This document shows, one piece after another, positions 1 through 9,081 of a stretch of 64,000 nt of DNA. Origin of the DNA: Candidatus Latescibacterota bacterium (GTDB lineage: Bacteria > Latescibacterota > UBA2968 > GCA-2709665); the NCBI GenBank assembly GCA_965248435.1, contig OZ252100.1:320001-384000 (forward strand), written 5' to 3'. Below the pieces are notes generated by a model, which saw only the letters and a program-made list of their open reading frames with translations, had not been told where the DNA came from and did not search any database. The first letter of the stretch is position 1, and each line of letters begins with the position of its first letter. The position numbers and the translations under genes are program-made.

Positions 1-1904
1 CGGTTGTTGCCCCGGTCGACGAAAAAGACCTGGCCGAAGGGATCGGAGAAGACTGCCGATGGGATCCGCAGCCTGGCCGAGGTTGCCGCCCCGCCGTCCC
101 CTGAAAAGCCGGGGAGACCGTCCCCGGCGACAGTGGAGATCCGACCCTCTCGGTCCACCTTGCGAATCCGGTAGTTGCTCCGGTCGGCGATGAAGAGTTC
201 ACCCTCCAGATTGACCGTGACGCCGAACGGGTCTGCGAGCATAGCCAGCGTGGCGGGTCCCCCGTCTCCCGAAAACCCTTTCTGGCCGCTTCCCACAGCG
301 GTCGTAATGATGCCGGTCGGGTCGATCTTCCGAATCCGGTGGTTGGCCTGGTCCGCCACGTAGATCACGCCCTGTAGATCGACAAAAATCCCTGTCGGGT
401 TGTTTAGCTGCGCCTCCGTGGCCGGCCCCCCATCTCCCGAAACTCCCTTCGACCCACGCCCCGCGACGCTGCTGATGATCCCTTCTGGGTCAACCCTCCG
501 AATACGGTGATTAAAGGTATCTGCGATGTAGGCGATCCCATCCGGGCCGACGCAGACCGACATCGGACTCGCGAGCATCGCTTCCGTCGCCGGGCCGCCA
601 TCCCCTGAAAATCCGTAGCTGCCGCGCCCAGCAACGGTCGTGATCCGACCTTCTGAGTCCACCTTTCGGATACGCTGGTTGGAGGTGTCCGCGATGTATA
701 GATTGCCCTCCTTATCCACAGCAAGACCAAACGGGTTTATGAGATGGGCGCTGGTGGCCACCCCGCCGTCACCGACACCCCCGCCGGCCACGGTCTCGAT
801 GACACCTCGGGGATCCACCCGCCTTATCCGATGGTTCCGGCGGTCCGCGAAATATAGATTCCCTGAGCTGTCGACGAAGGGAGATGACGGGTCGTTCAGT
901 CTCGCCCAGGTTGCGGGTCCTCCATCTCCGGCAAAGCCTCGCACGCTGGCCCCCGCGAGGACTTCGGTGCGACCATCAGGAGCGATACCGACAATCCGAT
1001 TTGACTCGCCATCCGTGACGATGATTTTCCCGGTCGGGTCCACAAAGAGGTCATCGGGACGGCGAAGGATGGCATCGGGCACCGTCGCATCCAGGACCGT
1101 GGACATCAAACCGGAGCCGTCGACCCGCCTGATCCTGCCCCTCCCAGCTTCAAGGAAAAGGAGTCGGCCGTCTGGATCGACGGCCACATCGGTCGGACGC
1201 ATCAGTGGGCTCTCCAGCGCAGGAAGTCCATCAGATCCCGCACCCTCCACCCCGTTTCCGGCCACGGCTTCGATCTCGCCCGACGGATTGACGCGCCGAA
1301 TCCTGTGATTTCCCTGGTCCGCGATGTAGAGCGCTCCATCTTCACCCATTGTGATCCCGGTGGGCTCGTTCAGACTCGCATACGCAGCAGGACCCCCGTC
1401 ACCCGAGTAGCCTGCTTCCCCGTTCCCCGCAACGGTGATGATGAGGCCCGAGGTATCCACGACGCGCACCCGTTGATTGCCAGTATCAAGGATATACAGG
1501 TTGCCCGAACCGTCTATGAACAGGTCCGTTGGCCGATTCAGGTCCGCTTCGATCGCTCGCCCTCCGTCCCCGCCAAACCCCGCACTACCGGTTCCGGCAA
1601 CGGTGGTCACCTCTCCGGATGGATCGATCCATCGGACCCGGTGGTGGCCCGTGTCCACGACGTAGACGCCTCCTGTCCCATCGACAAACAGGGCGGATGG
1701 ATTGTTCAGCCGGGCTTCGGTCGCTGCTGTGCCATCACCGATACCCCCGCCTGCAATCGTAGTCAGCGTCTGGGCGATAGACTGGGCCGGCAGTACGGCG
1801 ATAAAGAGCGTCCACAACACTACGAACTGAGCCAGCCTGCTCGCGCCACGCCTATCTGAAACCCGATGCCAGGTCATACCCGCATTCCTCTTCAAATCGG
1901 CCAT
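1..1904 (-). CDS. Secreted NHL-repeat beta-propeller protein, runs off the window start (partial)
   Basis: Not in the ORF track (no stop inside the window). Minus strand reads MADLKRNAGMTWHR..LWTLFIAVLPAQSIAQTLTTIAGGGIGDGTAATEARLNNP, then repeated 'GFSGDGGPATEAxLNxPxG..YVADxxNHRIRKID' units. GAGGAG precedes the ATG at 1904; alternative ATG at 1877. Confidence 0.85.
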   Translation of the reverse strand, partial: MADLKRNAGMTWHRVSDRRGASRLAQFVVLWTLFIAVLPAQSIAQTLTTIAGGGIGDGTAATEARLNNPSALFVDGTGGVYVVDTGHHRVRWIDPSGEVTTVAGTGSAGFGGDGGRAIEADLNRPTDLFIDGSGNLYILDTGNQRVRVVDTSGLIITVAGNGEAGYSGDGGPAAYASLNEPTGITMGEDGALYIADQGNHRIRRVNPSGEIEAVAGNGVEGAGSDGLPALESPLMRPTDVAVDPDGRLLFLEAGRGRIRRVDGSGLMSTVLDATVPDAILRRPDDLFVDPTGKIIVTDGESNRIVGIAPDGRTEVLAGASVRGFAGDGGPATWARLNDPSSPFVDSSGNLYFADRRNHRIRRVDPRGVIETVAGGGVGDGGVATSAHLINPFGLAVDKEGNLYIADTSNQRIRKVDSEGRITTVAGRGSYGFSGDGGPATEAMLASPMSVCVGPDGIAYIADTFNHRIRRVDPEGIISSVAGRGSKGVSGDGGPATEAQLNNPTGIFVDLQGVIYVADQANHRIRKIDPTGIITTAVGSGQKGFSGDGGPATLAMLADPFGVTVNLEGELFIADRSNYRIRKVDREGRISTVAGDGLPGFSGDGGAATSARLRIPSAVFSDPFGQVFFVDRGNN

Positions 1905-2190
1905 AAGTCTCCTCGGGTATAATTTCGGGTAGATCGAGGAACGATTCAACCCCGAATTTCCATCATGCATACATTATATATACTGGACGGTGCAAACCCA
2001 AAGATCTCCCTGCAGAATCGATGACTTCACCCGCTGCGCTTTGTTAACTTACTGGGACAAAGCATCTAATCGGCCTGAAGGTCGGCACGGATCATAAAAT
2101 CGATTTTCGAGGCACACCAGTTGCTTCTGTTGCGAGGGAGCACCCACCAAACCGATCGAAATCGAAAGACCGACATGGAGACCCACTTTG

Positions 2191-3255
2191 ATGAAGGTTC
2201 ATCGCGTCCTGATCGTCCTGCTTGCTTTTTTTCTTGTCTCCGGTTTGCCCGGAATGGATGCTGAGATGTCGCAAGCGGCGGAAAACTCTTGGGGTCTGCT
2301 GGAGATCCACACCGTGCTCCCCTTCGATGCCATCCCTGCCATTTTCGAGCCTGAATTTGTCGACGCAGAAAAGGCGGGCGTCAGCGACGAATCGCCGATG
2401 ATCGGCGTCTCCCTCAACGGGGAGCAGCGCGCCTACTCGATGATCCTCCTGAATCATCACGAAATCGTCAACGACGAGGTCGGTGGAGAGCCGATCGCCA
2501 CGACCTGGTGACCGCTCTGCGGCACGGCTATCGTGTATAGCCGAACGTTGGAAGGCAAGACCCTGACCCTCGGCGTGAGCGGAAAGTTATGGAAGAACGC
2601 ACTGGTGATGTATGACCGGGAGACCCGAACGCTCTGGTCGCACTTGACAGGAGAAGGGTTGCTGGGCCCGCTGGTCGGCAAGAAGCTGACGATGCTTACT
2701 TCCGTGCCGAAGCTCAAATGGGAGGATTGGAAAAGGCTCTACCCTGAGACAAAAGTGCTCACCGTCAGGGGGCGAGAAGATCAGCGCCGCGATTCCTACC
2801 GGGACTACCACACTTCTCACAGGACAGGGCTCTTCGCTCCCAAGAATACAGACGACCGACTCTCAGATAAGGACTGGGTGATCGGCGTGACGATCGGCAC
2901 GCAACAGAAGGCCTATCGGCTCAAGAAGAAACTCTGGAAGGGAACGGAGAAGGGAAAATGGCGGTTGATTCAGGACGTGATCGGAGAGATTCCGATCATG
3001 ATTTACCACGATCCAGAAAATTATGCAACCGCAGTCTACGAACGTCGCGCCGAAGACGGAAAAGTTCTGGAGTTCGAGTCGGAATCTGACGGGAGACGCG
3101 TGTCAGATCGCTCCGGGGCGAAGTGGGATCTGCTTACAGGGCGGGGCACCGAAGGCAGAACCCTAAAACCGATCCCTCACATGAATGTCTATTGGTTCGC
3201 CTGGGCCGATTTTTATCCTGAGACGCTCATTTATCAGCATGAAGGTGATGGGTAG
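2191..3255 (+). CDS. DUF3179-family selenoprotein (signal peptide, UxxC), read through TGA 2509-2511
   Basis: ORFs 2188-2511 and 2533-3255 are in the same frame. Readthrough gives ATTW-U-PLCG-TAIVYSR, matching the DUF3179 T(Y/W)CPLC motif. Also HEIVND, GVSGKL, MYDRET.TLW and YWFAW motifs. Confidence 0.88.
2525..2543 (+). promoter_or_regulatory. Putative bacterial SECIS hairpin
   Basis: Perfect 7-bp stem CGGCTAT/ATAGCCG with loop CGTGT, starting 13 nt after the in-frame TGA. Confidence 0.75.
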
Positions 3256-3258
3256 CGT

Positions 3259-5361
3259 CTAGTTCGAGCGAATGACCAGGGACCAAACCGAAATATCAGG
3301 CAACCCAATTCGTGTCCAGGTATCCCCATTGTCCTCGGATCGGAAGACACCTCTGTAGGTTCCTGCAAGCACCCGGTCCATCGAATCGATGGCCAGATAG
3401 AGGGTCGCATATGTCAATCCAACATTCGCACCAGCCCACTCCCCATCACCCGTGGAGCGAAATACACCCTGGCCGGTCGAGGCAAAGAGTTGCCCGCTGG
3501 AATTGATGGCCATTGAGAAGATATAGGGACTGGCGCTGATTTGTACCCAAGTGTCGCCGCTGTCCGTTGAGCGGAAGATGCCGTCTTCGAGCGTTCCGGC
3601 AAAGACGTGACCGCTAGAATTGATTCTGAGGAAAGTGACGTCACTGATCAGGCTGGTTTGCACCCAGGTCTCGCCATTGTCACCAGAACGGAAGACGCCA
3701 TTGTCGTCATTCCCGGCAAAGATCTGTCCATCGGAATCGATGGCCAGAGAGAGGACGTCATCCATCACGCTGGGTTGCACGGTCGGAACGGTCAAGCTTG
3801 TAGTACTCTGAGTCCAGGTACCTCCAGCATCGGTAGAGCGAAAGAGCCCCCGTTCACGAGTCAAGGCGAAAATTTCACCGCCTGAATTGATGATTAAGGA
3901 AGACACGCGATTGATTACGTTGTTTTGCATCGTAACGCGGGATTTTTCGATCGCGCCGGCTTTCACCCAGGTGTCCCCACTGTCCGTGGAGCGATAGATT
4001 CCATGCTTCCGCGTTCCGACAAGAACGTCACCACTATCGTGGACGACCACAGAAATGGGAGAAAAAAATAGCTCTTCTGTTGGCAACCCGTTGTTGATCT
4101 GCGTCCAGTTGTCTCCATTATCTGTGGAGCGAAAGATGCCGTCTTCAAGCGTTGCAGCGAAAACATCTCCATTGGCACCGAAAGCCAGTGAAAATGTCCT
4201 GTTCGCCGGGCTGCTCTTCTCCCAGGTGTCTCCATTGTCCGTGGAGCGAGAAACCCCACCGCCTGATGCGGCAAATACGTGTCCGCTGGGACTAATGGCT
4301 AGAGAGAAGGCAGAAATACCTACAAGCGACGTCCAGTTCTCTCCATTGTCCGTGGAACGAGAGATGCCGCCCAACCCCTCTAGGAGATTCGAAAAACCAC
4401 GAGGCCCTGAGGCAAAGATGTGCCCGCTGGCATTGATGGCCAGATAATCGGCGATGCGGGTCAAGCTGGTTTGCGTCCAGGTGTCGCCATTGTCTGTCGA
4501 GCGCAACACGCCATTCAGATTGGCGGCAAAAATATGACTGCTGGCATTGATAGCCAGGTGGAAGACCTGATCTGTCAAGGCCGTTGGCACCCAGTTCTCT
4601 CCGCTATCGGAGGAGCGAAAGACACCATCAGGGGTCGTGGCAAACATGTGCCCGCCGGCATTAAACGCGAGAGAACCCGGATTAAAGCTCTTTCGTACGA
4701 TTGTGCGGGTCTGCAGCCAGTTCTCTCCGTTGTCTGTGGAACGAAAGACTCCCACATCATCCATCCCAACAAAAATATGCCCGCTCGCATTGATGGCCAT
4801 GCACATGATATGCTCAGTTGTCCTGATTCCGTCGGTCGGCAGGCCAGAACTTGTATGCATCCAACTCTGTCCGTCGTCGACAGAGCGAAATACTCCTCCC
4901 CCGCGGCGTGTTCCTGCAAAGATCTGTCCGCTGGGATTGATGGCCAGGGAACGGACAATAAGATCCTGAAAACCGAGCTCAGTCTGGATCCAGGTCTCCC
5001 CATTATCGACCGATCGAAAGATGCCCATCGTATCCGTTCCAGCAAACATGGATCCGATGGAACCGCCGCCAGGCGTTTTCTCAACGACCCGCCCGAATTG
5101 CTGTGCAAACATAACGAAGTCGTCAAAGTCCACGGTGCCATCTTTGTCTAGATCAAATCTTGGATCGAATTCCGGATTCGCCGAGCTCTTCTCGTAGTTT
5201 TGGGCGAATCTGACGAAGTCCAAGAAGTCCACCCTGCCGCTGCCGTCGAAATCGGCGTCTAAAGTCGCTATCGAATACGCCCGACTTGAGACCAGGATCA
5301 TTCCAGCCACGCCGAGGATCAGGCACCCGGACTCTCTAATCGTCCGACTGAGCTTAATCAT
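3259..5361 (-). CDS. Secreted BNR/Asp-box beta-propeller protein with N-terminal EF-hand/dockerin-like tag
   Basis: Many 'GVFRSTDNGxxW' Asp-box repeats; DADFDGSGRVDFLDFVRFA..FDLDKDGTVDFDDFVMFA; hydrophobic N-terminus. Start uncertain (5361 or 5385). Confidence 0.85.
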   Translation of the reverse strand: MIKLSRTIRESGCLILGVAGMILVSSRAYSIATLDADFDGSGRVDFLDFVRFAQNYEKSSANPEFDPRFDLDKDGTVDFDDFVMFAQQFGRVVEKTPGGGSIGSMFAGTDTMGIFRSVDNGETWIQTELGFQDLIVRSLAINPSGQIFAGTRRGGGVFRSVDDGQSWMHTSSGLPTDGIRTTEHIMCMAINASGHIFVGMDDVGVFRSTDNGENWLQTRTIVRKSFNPGSLAFNAGGHMFATTPDGVFRSSDSGENWVPTALTDQVFHLAINASSHIFAANLNGVLRSTDNGDTWTQTSLTRIADYLAINASGHIFASGPRGFSNLLEGLGGISRSTDNGENWTSLVGISAFSLAISPSGHVFAASGGGVSRSTDNGDTWEKSSPANRTFSLAFGANGDVFAATLEDGIFRSTDNGDNWTQINNGLPTEELFFSPISVVVHDSGDVLVGTRKHGIYRSTDSGDTWVKAGAIEKSRVTMQNNVINRVSSLIINSGGEIFALTRERGLFRSTDAGGTWTQSTTSLTVPTVQPSVMDDVLSLAIDSDGQIFAGNDDNGVFRSGDNGETWVQTSLISDVTFLRINSSGHVFAGTLEDGIFRSTDSGDTWVQISASPYIFSMAINSSGQLFASTGQGVFRSTGDGEWAGANVGLTYATLYLAIDSMDRVLAGTYRGVFRSEDNGDTWTRIGLPDISVWSLVIRSN

Positions 5362-5368
5362 GAAATGC

Positions 5369-7126
5369 TTACCGAATTTCCACAATATCGGTCATCGTCA
5401 ACGCGCCCGGGTTCGAAACCCGCTGCAGCCGCCGAACGAGATCGATCGCCGGAAGAAACGTCTCCATCAGATTTGTGATCGGTGCAACCAGGCCTGCAGC
5501 CACTTCGCCATCAGCAACCTGCTCCAGAACCACCTCGAGGATCGACTTCTCCCTTGGAATGACCTTCAGCTTGACTGGCGCATCAGGAGCGAGACCCATC
5601 GCTTTCCGAGTCAATATCAGCGCGGTTTGAAACCCGCCCAGCTCGTCAACCAGTCCGAGCGCCTTTGCGTCCTCTCCGGTCCAGACCCGGCCCTTCGCCA
5701 CCTCCAGAACCGTTGAAATAGGCAAGTTCCTACCTTCCGCAACCTTGCTCGTGAAGTCTGCGTAGATTCGGTCCAGCAAGGTCTGGATCTTCGCCCATCC
5801 GTCCTCAGAATAGTCGTGAAGTGCTGACCAGATCTCCGAATTTGTGCTGGTATGGACCTCGTCCCACGTCAACCCGAGTTTCTCCCAGAAATTCTTCGTC
5901 AGCATCTTTCCTCCCACCACGCCGATCGATCCGGTCAGCGTTCCAGGCTGCGCGACGATCTTATCCGCGGACATCGCCACGAAATACCCGCCGGAACCGG
6001 CCACGTTCCCCATGGAGACGATCACCGGCTTTCCCGCCTCTCTCGCCAGCGTCGTTCCCCGCCAGATCGCGTCTGAAGCGATATAAGAGCCTCCCGGACT
6101 GTCGACTCTGAACAGGATGGCACGGACTTCTTCATCCTCCACCGCTGTCCGGAAGGCCTTGGTCACCGTGTCAGATCCCATGACCGAACCGCCGGGGTCC
6201 GACTCGCTCTTACCCCTCATCACGGATCCAATCCCGTAAATCAATGCGATCACTTCGCCCTCGTCGTGCGGCCTTCCAGCGCGTTTGAGATAAGTGCCGA
6301 GTGACAATGTCTTCGCGTCTTCGGAGGTCTCCGCCTTCATCTGCTCGTATACCTCATCCCTGTAAGCCAGGCCATCCACGAGGTTCGCCTCGACCGACTC
6401 CTGCCCGAGGAAAGGCCCCCCGTCTATCGCCGCGCGGACCTCCTCTTCCGAGAGTCCTCGGGATGCTGCGATCCCCCTGACCATTTGCGAAAACAGGGAA
6501 GAGACGATCTTCTCCATCGCCTCGCGATGGGGTTCATTGAACGACCGTTCCGTGAAAAGGTACTTTGCACTCTTGTATTCCTGACGATGGTCCAACCTGG
6601 GCGATATCCCGAGCTTGTCCAATGTCCCCTTCAGGAAGGGGCTCTCCGCCATGAGACCGGTCAGTCCTACAAACCCCGAAGGCTGCAGGTAGATCTTTTC
6701 GAACGAGGTCGCCAGATAGTAGGCCCCGTTTCCGGGCCCGAGCTCACCGAATGTCTCCACATACGCGACCGCAGGCTTCCCGCTATTTCGGAAAGCCATC
6801 ACGGCATCCCGGATCTCCTGCGTCTGCCCCCAGCCCAAACCAGACACACCGACCCTGGCGATCAGTCCGATCACCCTCGGGTCGCCAGAGGCACGTTCGA
6901 GCGCCTCCACGACGTCTCGCAGGACGAGGACCTTTCCTTCCGAGATCTTCGCCAGTGGACTGTCTCCGATCTGCTCGATCACGCGTCTTTCGAAGTCGAC
7001 CTCCAGAATCGTCTCATCGGGGACCCCTGGTGTGGCCCGGACCAGAAAGGCGACCATCGTCACGAGCGCGACAAGCACAACAGCGCCGCCGATGTAGGCA
7101 AGGACGGCAATCAGAATCCTTTTCAT
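5369..7126 (-). CDS. sppA: Signal peptide peptidase SppA (67K type, S49)
   Basis: YKSA, RVDSPGG, SMGNVAGSGGY, TGSIGV and GRVWTG motifs; N-terminal TM anchor; GGAGG before the ATG at 7126. Confidence 0.93.
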   Translation of the reverse strand: MKRILIAVLAYIGGAVVLVALVTMVAFLVRATPGVPDETILEVDFERRVIEQIGDSPLAKISEGKVLVLRDVVEALERASGDPRVIGLIARVGVSGLGWGQTQEIRDAVMAFRNSGKPAVAYVETFGELGPGNGAYYLATSFEKIYLQPSGFVGLTGLMAESPFLKGTLDKLGISPRLDHRQEYKSAKYLFTERSFNEPHREAMEKIVSSLFSQMVRGIAASRGLSEEEVRAAIDGGPFLGQESVEANLVDGLAYRDEVYEQMKAETSEDAKTLSLGTYLKRAGRPHDEGEVIALIYGIGSVMRGKSESDPGGSVMGSDTVTKAFRTAVEDEEVRAILFRVDSPGGSYIASDAIWRGTTLAREAGKPVIVSMGNVAGSGGYFVAMSADKIVAQPGTLTGSIGVVGGKMLTKNFWEKLGLTWDEVHTSTNSEIWSALHDYSEDGWAKIQTLLDRIYADFTSKVAEGRNLPISTVLEVAKGRVWTGEDAKALGLVDELGGFQTALILTRKAMGLAPDAPVKLKVIPREKSILEVVLEQVADGEVAAGLVAPITNLMETFLPAIDLVRRLQRVSNPGALTMTDIVEIR

Positions 7127-7268
7127 AATGACCTCCTGCAATCTTAGTGTGGGTTGAAGCGAAACCCTCGAGGAATCCTTCCACTTTCCGTGCCTCCAAA
7201 TATATATTAGCACGGGTCCAACTCGCAGCAATGTTGTGCAGGCATAACGAAGCCGTTAGGAGGCCAGT

Positions 7269-8423
7269 ATGAAGGTGACGAACTTGAAGTGCTTCGAGGT
7301 CGATGCAAACTATTTCATCGTTAAAGTGGAGACAGACGAAGGCATCTACGGCCTGGGTGAGTCCGGCATACGCTTCTGGAGCCGATCCATCGAACAGGCC
7401 GTGGTGCATCTCTCCGAACTGGTCGTTGGCCAGGACCCGTTCGCGACGGAGAGGCTCTGGCAGGAGATGTTTCGGTCCTGTTTCTTCCCGGCGGATAGGG
7501 TCTACTGCTGTGCCATCAGTGCGATCGACATCGCCCTGTGGGACATCAAGGGCAAGGCCCTCGGAATGCCGGTATACAGACTCCTGGGGGGACCGGTCAG
7601 AAACAAGGTGGTCTGTTATCCCCACTCGCAGGGAGATGACCCCGAAGCGCTGCTCCAGAACGCTAAACAACTCGTGGCCGAAGGGTGGAAATTCCTGAGG
7701 TGGCACCTGCCCATGACGACCGGAGGCACTGAAGCGTGGGACTCGGGGAGCGTATCCGATCCACTGGCAGCGATTCGCGTGGCCGAGGAACAGATGGCCG
7801 CGGTGAGAGAGGCGGTGGGTCCCGAGATCCAGATCTGCTTCGACGTCCACACGAGGCTGGACACGGCCCACGCGATAAGCCTCTGCAAGGCCCTGGAGCC
7901 TTACAGACCCTACTTTGTAGAAGACCCGATACGATCAGAAAACCCGGGCAGCTATCGGACGCTGGCCCGCCACGTTTCGCTGCCGATCGCCGCGGGAGAA
8001 CAGTGGGTCAGTAAATGGGCCTGGCGAGAGGTGATCGAAGAGGAGCTGATCAGCTATGCACGCATCGACGTCTGTAACGTCGGCGGGCTGACCGAGGCCC
8101 TGAAGATCGCCCACTGGTGCGAAACGCACTACATCGACCTCGCGCCCCACAACCCACTCGGACCCGTGAGCGCTGCGGCCTGCACCGCCCTCTGCATGGC
8201 CTCGACCAACGTGGGCGTCCTGGAGATGTCCAAGCGTCCGGGCAGCTATGCGACAGATCTCTTCCCGAAGCAGATCGGATGGGAGGACGGCTATGCGTTC
8301 GCCCCGGACACTCCCGGTTTGGGTGTGGATTTCGATGAGGCGCTTGCTGATACACGCCGAGCGAGTTCTCGTGGGTTCGCCCAAAGATTCGAGAGGCCGG
8401 ACGGCGCGTTCACGAATTGGTAA
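7269..8423 (+). CDS. Mandelate racemase/muconate lactonizing enzyme family protein (galactonate dehydratase-like)
   Basis: SAIDIALWDIKGK, FDVH, EDP, AAGE and PHNPLGP motifs. Confidence 0.9.
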   Translation: MKVTNLKCFEVDANYFIVKVETDEGIYGLGESGIRFWSRSIEQAVVHLSELVVGQDPFATERLWQEMFRSCFFPADRVYCCAISAIDIALWDIKGKALGMPVYRLLGGPVRNKVVCYPHSQGDDPEALLQNAKQLVAEGWKFLRWHLPMTTGGTEAWDSGSVSDPLAAIRVAEEQMAAVREAVGPEIQICFDVHTRLDTAHAISLCKALEPYRPYFVEDPIRSENPGSYRTLARHVSLPIAAGEQWVSKWAWREVIEEELISYARIDVCNVGGLTEALKIAHWCETHYIDLAPHNPLGPVSAAACTALCMASTNVGVLEMSKRPGSYATDLFPKQIGWEDGYAFAPDTPGLGVDFDEALADTRRASSRGFAQRFERPDGAFTNW

Positions 8424-8440
8424 AAGACCGAAACGAACGA

Positions 8441-8481
8441 CAGCAAAGGGCCTCGAAAGGAAGTCTTCGAGGCCCTTGCTG
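8441..8481. terminator. Hairpin between convergent genes (likely bidirectional terminator)
   Basis: CAGCAAAGGGCCTCGAA ... TTCGAGGCCCTTGCTG inverted repeat between stops at 8423 and 8504. Confidence 0.65.
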
Positions 8482-8503
8482 CAGTCACTGCTTCACCTGG
8501 CAT

Positions 8504-9061
8504 CTACAGAGCCAGATCGATGAACCCCAGACTCTTCTTGTCGAATTCCCTCAGATCCGGAAGCTCGAACCGGTTGCCATCCACATCGATGACCACTAGC
8601 CGGTGTTCCCCCAACCACTGCGCGTGTTCTGCCACATCTCGCGCCACGAATTCTCGACGTCCCCGGTCGGTCTCGACGTCCCAGTAAGAGATCCCGTAGT
8701 CCGCCTGAACGGAATAGACTTTCTCCACTTGCGCCGTCAGATACCTTGTCTTGAGCTCTTCCAGGACATACGGGCGGGACATCTCCTGGATCTCCTCGAT
8801 ATTCGAGACCATGAAGATCATTTCGTCCTTCGCGTCCAGGAAACAGATCGGCCCATCGGGTTGCGAAAGCGGTGCAGCCCGGACGGCTTTGACCTTCAAG
8901 TAAGAACGGTCTCCGTCGATCGTCAGCCTCAGTTTCCATTCCGGCTCCTTGAAGATCCGCACGTCCTTCGCGTCCACCCTCTCGGGATGATGCACTTCGA
9001 TCGGCGTGGGCTTCCACGCGCCATCTTGATCCGGAGCGTCAATTTTTTGATTCTTGTCCAA
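8504..9061 (-). CDS. DUF1854 domain-containing protein
   Basis: VRAAPLSQPD, WDVETDRG and IDVDGNRF motifs; lies downstream of the ABC genes as is typical for DUF1854. Confidence 0.8.
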   Translation of the reverse strand: MDKNQKIDAPDQDGAWKPTPIEVHHPERVDAKDVRIFKEPEWKLRLTIDGDRSYLKVKAVRAAPLSQPDGPICFLDAKDEMIFMVSNIEEIQEMSRPYVLEELKTRYLTAQVEKVYSVQADYGISYWDVETDRGRREFVARDVAEHAQWLGEHRLVVIDVDGNRFELPDLREFDKKSLGFIDLAL

Positions 9062-9081
9062 GTTATTTGTCTCACGCTCGA

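Noticed and set aside
175-1859. Plus-strand ORFs (e.g. 640-1308, 1305-1859)
   Set aside because: Antisense shadows of the minus-strand NHL-repeat gene.
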